From an uncultured Methanosarcinales archaeon (GTDB lineage Archaea; Nanobdellota; Nanobdellia; Woesearchaeales; JAGVZT01), in assembly GCA_964419615.1 (NCBI GenBank), contig CAYQPU010000001.1, positions 17,266 through 81,265 of the forward strand: DNA of 64,000 nucleotides, read 5' to 3'. Position numbers and translations under genes: made by a program. The notes below the pieces were generated by a model, which was not told the DNA's origin, did not search any database, and worked only from the letters and a program-made list of their open reading frames with translations. Shown in pieces: positions 37,042-45,740 of this stretch; the stretch's first letter is position 1; the number at the start of each line of letters is the position of its first letter.

Positions 37042-37823
37042 TGTATCACAGTTCCTTTTTTTATATCTTTTATTGGGTGCTCAACTCTCCCATCTGTAAT
37101 GTAAACTGTTGTTTGACTATTTTCAAATAGTTTTCTAAGGGCAAGGATTTTGCGTTTTATTCTGCCTTCTACTTGTTGCTCGCGCTGCTCTAATTCATCA
37201 CAGTTTATTTCCTTTACAAGTGAATCAGGATCATTAAGATTATCTAATAAACCCTGAGCTTCTATTAATTGGATTATTTTGTCTGCAGGTATTGCTTGGT
37301 GAATTACATTTACTATATTATCATTTTCAGAGTTTATTGCAAACCCATTTTCATCAACTATGGGTACAGTAATTACCGGAGTGTATCCATTATCTAATAA
37401 TAGCCTGAGTAGGGCGGTGTTTACAGATTTTGGTTTACCTGAAAAATCTCTTACAATTTTTAGCTTGTTATTTTCTTTAATCCTAATCCCATTGTTTCTA
37501 CTTCCTTGAATTAATCTTCCATCTAAACCAGTTAAACCTATTGCGTTTATTCCATTTTGTTGACATAGTTCAACAATTCTTTTGTTTTTAAGGCCAGAGT
37601 ATGCCATCATCATTATATCAAGGGCATCCTTGTCTGAGAATACACTTGAATAGCCAGATACTGATTGAATTGTTTTTTTTGGTTTGTCTAATTGCTCAGC
37701 AATTTTATCTCTTAGAGCATTTGCTCCATGAACTATTATGAATTTTTCATCTAGTTCTGATAGATCCTTAATTATCCCTTCAATGTTAATATCTGCTCCT
37801 CCTCCAATCTTTACAATTATCAT
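37038..37823 (-). CDS. lysZ: [LysW]-aminoadipate / glutamate kinase
   Basis: IVKIGG, VHGAN, SVSGYSSV segment, NSENDN amino-acid-kinase fold. Confidence 0.9.
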   Translation of the reverse strand: MIIVKIGGGADINIEGIIKDLSELDEKFIIVHGANALRDKIAEQLDKPKKTIQSVSGYSSVFSDKDALDIMMMAYSGLKNKRIVELCQQNGINAIGLTGLDGRLIQGSRNNGIRIKENNKLKIVRDFSGKPKSVNTALLRLLLDNGYTPVITVPIVDENGFAINSENDNIVNVIHQAIPADKIIQLIEAQGLLDNLNDPDSLVKEINCDELEQREQQVEGRIKRKILALRKLFENSQTTVYITDGRVEHPIKDIKKGTVIQ

Positions 37824-38479
37824 TTAAAACACCTTGTTGTGTTGTTAGGTATAGGTTTTGATTCATTGTTAAATTTTTCTGAACATATTACCAATTTGTC
37901 AGTTTCACTAAGGTGCATTGTGAAATATTCTGATCTTTCATTAAAATTTGTTGATAAAAATATGTTTTTAGTTTGCATATTTACAATTACCAAATTTATT
38001 GCTTTAACAGTATTTGTTCTACATACAAGATAATCAATTCCTTTTTTAATTGCATTTAATAAAGAATCTGATCCACTTGATTGTTGTAGTTCAGAGTCTC
38101 GAAATCTTTTGATAAGATTAAATATTTTTTCAGCACCAATTCTTCCATGTTCCCTTATTCTAACTCCTCTTAATTCTCCATTAAACACAAAGACTAGTTC
38201 ATTATCAGTAAACGGCATGTTGTTTTCAATTACTATGTCTTTGTCTTCAAATGCACTTCTTGCATGAACAATTAGTAAGTTTGTTTTTTCAAATTTCTCA
38301 AAATCATCTTCCCAGATAGGATTAATGTTTTTGTAAAATTTCCAACCTCCTGAAAAAAAGGCACACCCCCAACCATGGCCTTGATACTCTTTGCTGTTTT
38401 GGCACAATTTAGCAAATTTTTCTAGATAGGGAGCTATTTCAAACTCAGTGTTTGATTTGATTATTAGTATTCTACACAT
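37820..38479 (-). CDS. Class II glutamine amidotransferase-like Ntn hydrolase (EgtC/YafJ-like)
   Basis: N-terminal M-C-R, GHGWG, HARSA, NNMPF, FNG; GRIGAE in place of the usual GxTDSE. Confidence 0.82.
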   Translation of the reverse strand: MCRILIIKSNTEFEIAPYLEKFAKLCQNSKEYQGHGWGCAFFSGGWKFYKNINPIWEDDFEKFEKTNLLIVHARSAFEDKDIVIENNMPFTDNELVFVFNGELRGVRIREHGRIGAEKIFNLIKRFRDSELQQSSGSDSLLNAIKKGIDYLVCRTNTVKAINLVIVNMQTKNIFLSTNFNERSEYFTMHLSETDKLVICSEKFNNESKPIPNNTTRCFK

Positions 38480-38495
38480 TTTTTATGTTGAGTTA

Positions 38496-39527
38496 TTAAA
38501 CTGGATGAAGGCCTGGAAATTCAAGTCCAAGGGTTTCTTTGAAACCACTCATTAGATTCATTGACTGAACTGCTTGACCTGCTCCTCCTTTCATTAGATT
38601 GTCAATAGCGCCCATTACAACTAACCGGTTTGATTTTGGATCTACCTCAAATCCTACTTCACATATGTTTGTTCCTGCAAGTATTTTTGGTTCAGGGTAT
38701 CTATATACTCCAGTTCGCTTTTTTACTAGTCTTACAAAAGGTTCATCTTTGTAGGCTTGCCGATATGTATTCCAGATTTGTTTTTCATCAACTCCATCTT
38801 TTAAAAAAAGGTGAGATGTTGCCAAGATTCCTCTTATTAATTCAATTGAAGTTCCTGAGAAATGAACAGTTGGTTTGTGGCGAAAGTTTAGTTCTTGCTC
38901 TACTTCTGCTGTGTGTCTGTGACCTGTTGGCTTAAATGATCTTACAGCATGTGATCTTTCTGAGTGATGCGAGGCAAGGCTTGGCTTGTTTCCTGATGCC
39001 GAGCTTCCTACCTTTGCTTCAGTGATCACTGTTGATTCAACAAGGTTGTTTTTAAACAAAGGATATAGTCCTGTGATTGTTGCTGTGGCTAGACATCCTG
39101 TTCCTGCAACTAGATCTGCTTTTTTTATTTTTTCTCTATGTAGTTCAGCCATGCCATAAACAAATTTACTTAAGTATTCTGGATTAGGATGATCTTCACC
39201 ATACCACTTTTGATAGTCTTCTTTTTGTCTTAATCTAAAGTCTCCGCTAAGATCAATTATTTTTCCTGCTTTTTGCTGGAGCTCTGTTATTTTTTTCATT
39301 GCTAATCCATGGGGCAGTGCTAAAAATAATATGTCTGATTCTTCTAGATCATTTATTGTTGAAAATTTCAAGTTGTGGCCTCGAAGGTTTGGATGTACAT
39401 CATGGACAAATTTTCCTGCAAATCTTTCTGAGGTTACTTGTTTTAGTTTTACTTTTGGATGTCCTAAGAGAAGTCTTACAGCTTCTCCACCTATGTAACC
39501 GCTCGCTCCAACTACACTTACTTTCAT
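38496..39527 (-). CDS. lysY: [LysW]-aminoadipyl / glutamyl-phosphate reductase
   Basis: VGASGYIG, LALPHG, DLSGDFRL, GTGCLATA, GKV-like KVGSSASG, DNLMKGGAGQA. Confidence 0.92.
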   Translation of the reverse strand: MKVSVVGASGYIGGEAVRLLLGHPKVKLKQVTSERFAGKFVHDVHPNLRGHNLKFSTINDLEESDILFLALPHGLAMKKITELQQKAGKIIDLSGDFRLRQKEDYQKWYGEDHPNPEYLSKFVYGMAELHREKIKKADLVAGTGCLATATITGLYPLFKNNLVESTVITEAKVGSSASGNKPSLASHHSERSHAVRSFKPTGHRHTAEVEQELNFRHKPTVHFSGTSIELIRGILATSHLFLKDGVDEKQIWNTYRQAYKDEPFVRLVKKRTGVYRYPEPKILAGTNICEVGFEVDPKSNRLVVMGAIDNLMKGGAGQAVQSMNLMSGFKETLGLEFPGLHPV

Positions 39528-40366
39528 TTTTTTGCCTCCTTGATTAAATAATTAACAATTTTTTCTGGAATATTAACTCCAGTTGTATCAATGCTGTTTC
39601 TAAATTCCATTGTATGATTGATTTCATTTATTATCATTCCATTGTCTGTTTCAAATATATCCATTGCTAAGATTCCACCACCAACTGCTTTAGCAGCCTT
39701 TAAACAGATATTATTGATCTCTTCTGTTATTGGGCAGTTAGTTGCCGTGCCACCTCTTGCTGTGTTGGTTATCCAATGGTCTGAAGCTCTGTAAATTGCA
39801 CAAATTGTTTCATTTCCTACTACAAATGCCCTTATATCCCTTCCTGGTTTTTTTATGTATTCATTAATAAAAAAAACTGAGTGATGGTATGAACCAAGTA
39901 CTTGTTTGTGTTCAAGTACTGTTTCTGCAGCAGCTTCATTATCAATTTTTGACAAGAGTCTTCCCCAAGAACCTATTGCCGGTTTTAAGACTACTGGATA
40001 ACCAAATTCTTGTATTGCTTTCATTGCGCTTTCCCTTGAAAATGCAACTTTCACTCTTACCGCAGGTACTTTGTTTTTTTCCAAAGCAAGTGTTGTTAAT
40101 ATTTTATCTCCACATGTTCGTACTACTTTTGGTTTATTTACTATTTTTATATCATGATCATCTAGGATTTTTGTGATATGTCTTGATCTTGAAAAATTGA
40201 TGCTTCTATCTATTATTATATCTGTTTCAAAGACTGGTGTTTTTTCCAAACAAAAAGTTAAATCTCTATCATCAATTCTTACTAATTCAGCTTTGCTCTT
40301 CTTTATAGTCTCAAATAGTAATTTCTCTTCACGTCTAACCCTTGAGCATATGACTCCAATTTTCAT
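39524..40366 (-). CDS. lysX: Aminoadipate-LysW ligase (ATP-grasp)
   Basis: SRVRREEKLL, KPAIGSWGRL, WITNTARG, EINHTMEFRN. Confidence 0.92.
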   Translation of the reverse strand: MKIGVICSRVRREEKLLFETIKKSKAELVRIDDRDLTFCLEKTPVFETDIIIDRSINFSRSRHITKILDDHDIKIVNKPKVVRTCGDKILTTLALEKNKVPAVRVKVAFSRESAMKAIQEFGYPVVLKPAIGSWGRLLSKIDNEAAAETVLEHKQVLGSYHHSVFFINEYIKKPGRDIRAFVVGNETICAIYRASDHWITNTARGGTATNCPITEEINNICLKAAKAVGGGILAMDIFETDNGMIINEINHTMEFRNSIDTTGVNIPEKIVNYLIKEAKK

Positions 40367-41193
40367 TTTAGGCTCACCATGTAATCTATAATATCATCTG
40401 TTATTTTTTCATCTAGATGAGGGAAGTAAACACTAAATTCAGGTGTATAATCTACTTCTAACACTTGTATTCCTTTACGAGATTCAAGCATATCAACACA
40501 TACAAAATCTCCGTTTACTGCATTTTTTGCCTTTAAGGCCAATTTTTTGATTTTTGGAGTGACTGTGCATTTAGATATGCTTGCTCCTTTGTCTATATGA
40601 GTTATCCAATGTTTTGAATTACGGTAAATTGCATATACTTTGTTCCCTACAACAAATACCCTTATGTCTCTGCCGTGTTTCTCAATGTATTCTTGAACAT
40701 AGTATACTGAGTGGTGATATGTTCCAAGATTCTTTTTATGATAGACAATTGCTTCAGCTGCTTCTTTATCATTGATTTTTGCAAGAAGTTTACCCCAAGA
40801 GCCAATGGCTGGTTTTAGTATGACTGGGTAACCCATTTCCTCGATTATATCAAGTGCTTTTTCTGGTGTGAAGGCTATTTGTACTTTTGGTGTTGGAATT
40901 TTGTTCATGATTAAGGCTTCTGTAACTGAGAACTTGCTGCCGCAGATTTGAGCAGTTCTACCTGAGTTTACTGTTTTTACTCCAAAACTGTTTAGAATAT
41001 TAAGTGCATACATTGCTGTTAAATGATTCATGCATCTTTCTAGAACAATATCATGATCAAATCCATTTTTTCCTATGTCAAATAGTAGATCTTGCACTTT
41101 AATTAAGTCTAGTTCAATGCCTTTTTTATTAGCTGCAGCTATTAGAAGCTTTTCATCTTTTCTAATTCGCTCATATAGCATTCCAATTTTCAT
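40363..41193 (-). CDS. Second, divergent LysX/ArgX-like ATP-grasp ligase
   Basis: ERIRKDEKLL, KPAIGSWGKL, but WITHIDKG and EVDYTPEF. Confidence 0.82.
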   Translation of the reverse strand: MKIGMLYERIRKDEKLLIAAANKKGIELDLIKVQDLLFDIGKNGFDHDIVLERCMNHLTAMYALNILNSFGVKTVNSGRTAQICGSKFSVTEALIMNKIPTPKVQIAFTPEKALDIIEEMGYPVILKPAIGSWGKLLAKINDKEAAEAIVYHKKNLGTYHHSVYYVQEYIEKHGRDIRVFVVGNKVYAIYRNSKHWITHIDKGASISKCTVTPKIKKLALKAKNAVNGDFVCVDMLESRKGIQVLEVDYTPEFSVYFPHLDEKITDDIIDYMVSLK

Positions 41194-42323
41194 CGATATA
41201 CACCCGGTAATTGTACACTTGGATTAACTTCTCTAATTATTCTCACAATCTGTGAATCTCCTAATACATTGCTATCTCTATTTTTTATTAAACTAATTAC
41301 CTCACTAAAAAATTCTTCTGGAAGCTCTATTCCCATCAGATCCAGCTTATATTGTAGAGCTGGCTTACTTACAAATTTATCAATTATAATTTCTCTTTGG
41401 CCACCTACCAAATCAGTAAACCCATTTTCATAATGGTCAGGACTTGATAAGACTGCTGACACGTGTAATCCTGCATTATGAGTAAATGCATAACCCCCTA
41501 CAAAGGGTTCCTGCTCTGGTATTAAAATTGCAGAATATTTTTCCACAATAGAAGATAATTCTTGAATTACATCAAAATTCCATTCATTTGTAACATTGAA
41601 ATCATGTTTTAAAAGAGTACACACACTTGCAAGTGAAGCTATTCCTGTTCTTTCACCTAGTCCATTAACTGTTACATCAATTACACTTGCTCCAGCTCTG
41701 TATGCTGCAATTGAGTTTGCAGTCGCCATTCCTTTGTCATTATGACAATGTACATGAAGATCTACATCTAGTTCTTGTGATAGTCTTAAAACATAGTCAT
41801 ACATTTGCCAAGGTAGCATACAGCCTGCTGTATCAGCAATACTGATTCTGTCTGCTCCAGCTTGCACAGCAGCTCTTGCTACTCTTACAACTCGGTCAAA
41901 ATCACTTCTAACAGTGTCTTCAGGTGTGTATCGAACTTTTAATCCATATTGTTTTGCATGTTTTATTGTATCAGTTATGATTCTTGTTGCATCTTCTTCA
42001 GATTTTCGATACATCTCTTCCATTCTCTTATCTTTAAGACTGTAAAAAATTCCAACCCAGTCTGCTCCAAATTGATGGGCATAGTCTATGTCAGAAGACA
42101 CAGCCATACAGTGAACTAAGAATTCGGCTCTAAGATCAAGCATGCAGATTTTCTCAACAGCTTTTCTAATACTTGGACTAACTGCTGGGTGACCTACTTC
42201 AATTATTTCAGCACCAAATTCATCAAGAAGCTTTGCAATTTCTATTTTTTCATTTACTGTAAAGCTTACATATGGTGTTTGTTCACCTTCTCTTAGTGTA
42301 CTGTCCAATATGGCAATACTCAT
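41190..42323 (-). CDS. Homocitrate synthase (DRE-TIM metallolyase)
   Basis: LDSTLREGEQ, HVHCHND, GLGERTG, THNAGLH; start moved to ATG 42323, which overlaps the lysW stop. Confidence 0.85.
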   Translation of the reverse strand: MSIAILDSTLREGEQTPYVSFTVNEKIEIAKLLDEFGAEIIEVGHPAVSPSIRKAVEKICMLDLRAEFLVHCMAVSSDIDYAHQFGADWVGIFYSLKDKRMEEMYRKSEEDATRIITDTIKHAKQYGLKVRYTPEDTVRSDFDRVVRVARAAVQAGADRISIADTAGCMLPWQMYDYVLRLSQELDVDLHVHCHNDKGMATANSIAAYRAGASVIDVTVNGLGERTGIASLASVCTLLKHDFNVTNEWNFDVIQELSSIVEKYSAILIPEQEPFVGGYAFTHNAGLHVSAVLSSPDHYENGFTDLVGGQREIIIDKFVSKPALQYKLDLMGIELPEEFFSEVISLIKNRDSNVLGDSQIVRIIREVNPSVQLPGVYR

Positions 42324-42481
42324 TGACCCCAATCCTCTTCAGCCTCAGGAGCAAGTTCTAATGCTAAAGGATCCAAGGCTCTTACTTCTAGTTCAGCTCC
42401 ACAATCCCCACAGTTTACAACTTCTCCCACTTCAACTTCTCCGATTTTAATATTTGCTCCACATTCTGGACAATCTACCAT
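42320..42481 (-). CDS. lysW: Amino-group carrier protein LysW (53 aa) ending EEDWGQ
   Basis: Not in track. MVDCPECGANIKIGEVEVGEVVNCGDCGAELEVRALDPLALELAPEAEEDWGQ; two CxxC; GGAGGT site. Confidence 0.95.
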   Translation of the reverse strand: MVDCPECGANIKIGEVEVGEVVNCGDCGAELEVRALDPLALELAPEAEEDWGQ

Positions 42482-42577
42482 ATTTTTACCTCCGTTTGTT
42501 TAGATTTATTCATATTATGTTATTTGCCTGTTTAATTTTTCATATTGAAAACCTTGGCAAAATAAGACAATGAAGAG

Positions 42578-42631
42578 CTAACGCTGTTCTAATTTAAATT
42601 TTGATTTAGCCATAATCATATTATCTCTCAT
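42578..42631 (-). promoter_or_regulatory. Candidate leader peptide ORF of the lysine operon (MRDNMIMAKSKFKLEQR)
   Basis: In-frame ATGs at 42631, 42619, 42613; K-S-K-F-K; stop lies inside the motif shared with the thrS leader. Confidence 0.55.
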
Positions 42632-42751
42632 TGTACACACACAAAATATATTCTAATAGTTAGATTATTTAAGAATCATAAAAGGTTATATTAACTTAAT
42701 GTTATTATTTTAACAAAATTTATAAGTAATTGTTATTTCTTAATATTTAAA

Positions 42752-43408
42752 ATGGTAACCATTTCCCATATTGTTTCAGAAAAATTGTCCAAACGCCCAT
42801 TTTTGCAGGAAGCTCTTTCAAGAGGACTGATCAACTACGGTGCTTTAGCTGATGATTTAATTCCCATAGTTGAAACAACTCTTCACAAAAAAGTCAAACA
42901 TTCTGCAGTGATGATGGCGATTAGAAGATATACTGAAAATGTCCGGAAAAATGAGTTTAAGCAAATTGAATTTTTTAAAGGTACAGATTTGAGTGTCAGA
43001 TCTAATTTATGTGAGATTACTTTCCAGCGTTCAACCAAAACATTGGACAAAATAATGTTGATATATGATATTATTAATCCTAATCAAGGAGATATGCTTA
43101 ATATAATTCAAGGTAACTATGAAATAACAATTATTTCAAATCAATCTCTAAAAAAACAGATTATCAAGATAGTTGGCAAAAGTAATATGATTAAGTGCTT
43201 TGATAAGCTTTCTTCAGTTTCAATTCGTTATCGTGAGGAGATCATTCACACACCTGGTTTTATTTTGGCTTGTGTGAAAGCAATATCCTGGGAACAGATT
43301 AATATTGTTGAAATTGTATCAGCAATGACTGAATTAACTTTTATTCTGGCAGAAAAAGATGCAATTCCTGCCTTTGAGATTCTACAAAACTTAATTTCCA
43401 GCAATTAG
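42752..43408 (+). CDS. Putative amino-acid-binding regulator (N-terminal helical domain plus ACT-like domains)
   Basis: GLINYGALA...AVMMAIRRY N-terminus and aspartokinase-like ACT C-terminus (INIVEIVSAMTELTFIL); divergent from lysW. Confidence 0.7.
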   Translation: MVTISHIVSEKLSKRPFLQEALSRGLINYGALADDLIPIVETTLHKKVKHSAVMMAIRRYTENVRKNEFKQIEFFKGTDLSVRSNLCEITFQRSTKTLDKIMLIYDIINPNQGDMLNIIQGNYEITIISNQSLKKQIIKIVGKSNMIKCFDKLSSVSIRYREEIIHTPGFILACVKAISWEQINIVEIVSAMTELTFILAEKDAIPAFEILQNLISSN

Positions 43409-43580
43409 ATGGTCTTAAAACATAGTTTTTTAAATCAACCAATTTTTATCATAGCACTTTAAGGTAATCTATCGTTACATAACCGCTTCATTAAAAAGTG
43501 GTAGTAAATTTACTACATTTTAAAGTAACAAAAAATCAAAAAATTAATATAGGAGTTGATTATATTCAAGATCAAAGGGG

Positions 43581-44087
43581 ATGAATTTGAAAAAGTTAAT
43601 TTTAATTGGTTTGATATTGTTGATAACGTGCATGGTTCTTGCACAAGAGGAAGCAATTCCTGAGCTTATTAGTGTTGAAGATCCTCAGGATGTTCCCCCA
43701 GCAGAACCTGTTCAAGAGTTGGAAGTTGAGATTGTCGGAGAAGAAAAGGGGTCAGCTATGGAAAGTTTATCACAGCTAAAAACAAAGGTGATTGGCTGGT
43801 TCTCTTTTGTTGCTAGTAGAAATTATTTATCTGCTGCAAAAAATCTTGCAAGTAATGTTTTAGGATTGAAACTATGGATTAAGATTGCTATATCTGTTGC
43901 TATTGTAATAATTGCATTGATTGTTTGGGCATCTTTGTTCAAAGATTCAAAACGTAACAATATGCGAAGAGCAAGAAAACTGCATAAAAAAGCAAAAAAA
44001 GCTCATGACAAGGGTGATGAAGATAAAGCAACTGCTTTGTATCAAAGATCAGCTGAATACCGAGAAAAAGCCCAGGAGCAATGGTAA
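43581..44087 (+). CDS. Exported/membrane protein with basic C-terminal tail
   Basis: Signal peptide, acidic linker, TM helix, basic helical tail. Confidence 0.7.
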   Translation: MNLKKLILIGLILLITCMVLAQEEAIPELISVEDPQDVPPAEPVQELEVEIVGEEKGSAMESLSQLKTKVIGWFSFVASRNYLSAAKNLASNVLGLKLWIKIAISVAIVIIALIVWASLFKDSKRNNMRRARKLHKKAKKAHDKGDEDKATALYQRSAEYREKAQEQW

Positions 44088-44797
44088 AAATGGAATGGTT
44101 TGAAGAACTTGATTTTGATGAGAATCCTTTTGATACTAATCCAAAAAAGTATCCAGAAAAATTAGTTGGATTAACAGAGATATTTGAAGATCTTATTTAT
44201 AGAATAGAATCTGGGGCAATGGTCTTTTTGGAAGGTAAAGAAGGTTTTGGAAAGACTTCCTTGCTTTGGAATGCTATAAAGAAAAAAAGAGGAAAGGGAA
44301 AGATAATTTATGTTGATTGTGATATGCTTGATGAAGACTTGAATATTGAAAAGCTAATGATCAACAGGCATGGTCTTTCTGGGAAACTGTTTAAAACAAA
44401 ACCAAAAGGTATGATTCTGCTGCTTGACAATGTTACAGCACTCAGTAAACTTAATTCAGAAAGAGTTAAGTACTTTTTTGACCAGGGTTATCTTAGGTCA
44501 ATTGTTTTTACTGGAAAAAGTTTTGGGAAAGTTAATTTTTCAAAAAGCCTAAAGCAAAGAATTGGAAGTAGAGTATTGAATATTAAGTCTGTTGACAAGT
44601 ACCAAGCAATTGCTATTGTCAGAAACAGGATTCAAGATCTTAATATGATATCTGATGATCTTATTGAAGAGGTTTTCCAAAAATCAGGTGAGAATCCAAA
44701 AAGATTGTTAGAGAATTGTGAAAAGCTTTTTGGTCATGTGATTGAGAGTAATGAAGATAAAATAACTAAAAAGCACTTGAAAGTAATAGAGGGATAA
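44081..44797 (+). CDS. ExeA-like P-loop (AAA+) ATPase 1, degenerate Walker B
   Basis: W...LDFDENPF start, GKEGFGKT, ILLLDNV. Confidence 0.75.
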   Translation: MVKMEWFEELDFDENPFDTNPKKYPEKLVGLTEIFEDLIYRIESGAMVFLEGKEGFGKTSLLWNAIKKKRGKGKIIYVDCDMLDEDLNIEKLMINRHGLSGKLFKTKPKGMILLLDNVTALSKLNSERVKYFFDQGYLRSIVFTGKSFGKVNFSKSLKQRIGSRVLNIKSVDKYQAIAIVRNRIQDLNMISDDLIEEVFQKSGENPKRLLENCEKLFGHVIESNEDKITKKHLKVIEG

Positions 44798-44798
44798 A

Positions 44799-45719
44799 AT
44801 GTTATGGTATAAAGAATGGGGATTTCATGATAATCCTTTTAGTATAAAACCTGCTGCTTTTAACAGCATTGTAGTTGGATATGATCTATCTGAGATCTTT
44901 GAGAAAATTGATAATGGTGAAATATTGTTTCTCGAAGGAAAATTTGGTTATGGAAAAACAACTATACTAAAGCATATTATTAGCAGATACGGTGGTAGAA
45001 GAGAAGTTGCGTATTATAATTGCAACAGAAAAGAAGGTGACGTTGAAGTTGAGAGTGTCCTGAGAGGAAAGTATGGTTTGCTTGGCAAATTGTTTCTTGG
45101 AACTCCAAATAACATGATTCTTTTGCTTGATGAAGTAGGTAGTCTGTCTGAATCTGACCAGCAGGAATTATTAAGACTTCATTCAGAAGGCAATTTAAAA
45201 TCTGTTGTACTCTTCGGACCAAAATTTGAATTGGTTAATGTGATTGCAGACTTAAAGCAAAAATTGGTTGATAATGTAATTGAATTAACGAAGTTAAGTG
45301 ACGAAGAGGCAATTGAACTAGTGAGACAAAGGATTGGCAATGTTAAATTATTATCAGATGAGATTATTAAAAGAGTATATGAAAGTTCTGATAAAACTCC
45401 TAGAGTGTTGCTTGAAAATCTTGAAGACTTGTGCAAATATGCTGTTGAGAATAATGAAGAAGAAGTTACAGAGGATCATTTAAAGGATGTTCTTGACATC
45501 AAGAAAACAAAAAAGAAAAAACCTAAGGCAGTGGCAGTTGTAAAAAAGAAAAAACCTAAAAAGGAAGCAAAGAAAGAAGGCAAAAAAGAAAAGGTTGAAG
45601 AGAAAACAGAAACTAAAGAGAAAGAAAAACCTAAGGAAAAAGTAAAACAAGGACCAAAGGGACTTCAAACACCTCAGGAAATTGCTGAAGAAAAAGAAGC
45701 TGAATTTTTTTATTATTGA
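44799..45719 (+). CDS. ExeA-like P-loop (AAA+) ATPase 2 with Lys/Glu-rich tail
   Basis: WYKEWGFHDNPF, GKFGYGKT, ILLLDEV, low-complexity C-terminus. Confidence 0.78.
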   Translation: MLWYKEWGFHDNPFSIKPAAFNSIVVGYDLSEIFEKIDNGEILFLEGKFGYGKTTILKHIISRYGGRREVAYYNCNRKEGDVEVESVLRGKYGLLGKLFLGTPNNMILLLDEVGSLSESDQQELLRLHSEGNLKSVVLFGPKFELVNVIADLKQKLVDNVIELTKLSDEEAIELVRQRIGNVKLLSDEIIKRVYESSDKTPRVLLENLEDLCKYAVENNEEEVTEDHLKDVLDIKKTKKKKPKAVAVVKKKKPKKEAKKEGKKEKVEEKTETKEKEKPKEKVKQGPKGLQTPQEIAEEKEAEFFYY

Positions 45720-45740
45720 AATGTTTTGGTGAACTTTTCT

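Noticed and set aside
42478-42543. Other tiny ATG-initiated frames just upstream of lysW (MNKSKQTEVKIW; MKN)
   Set aside because: Expected by chance in AT-rich DNA and not tied to the conserved motif.
45500-45660. A-rich low-complexity tract; also the poly-Gly codons at 54140-54165
   Set aside because: Simply encode the Lys/Glu-rich ATPase tail and a flexible linker.
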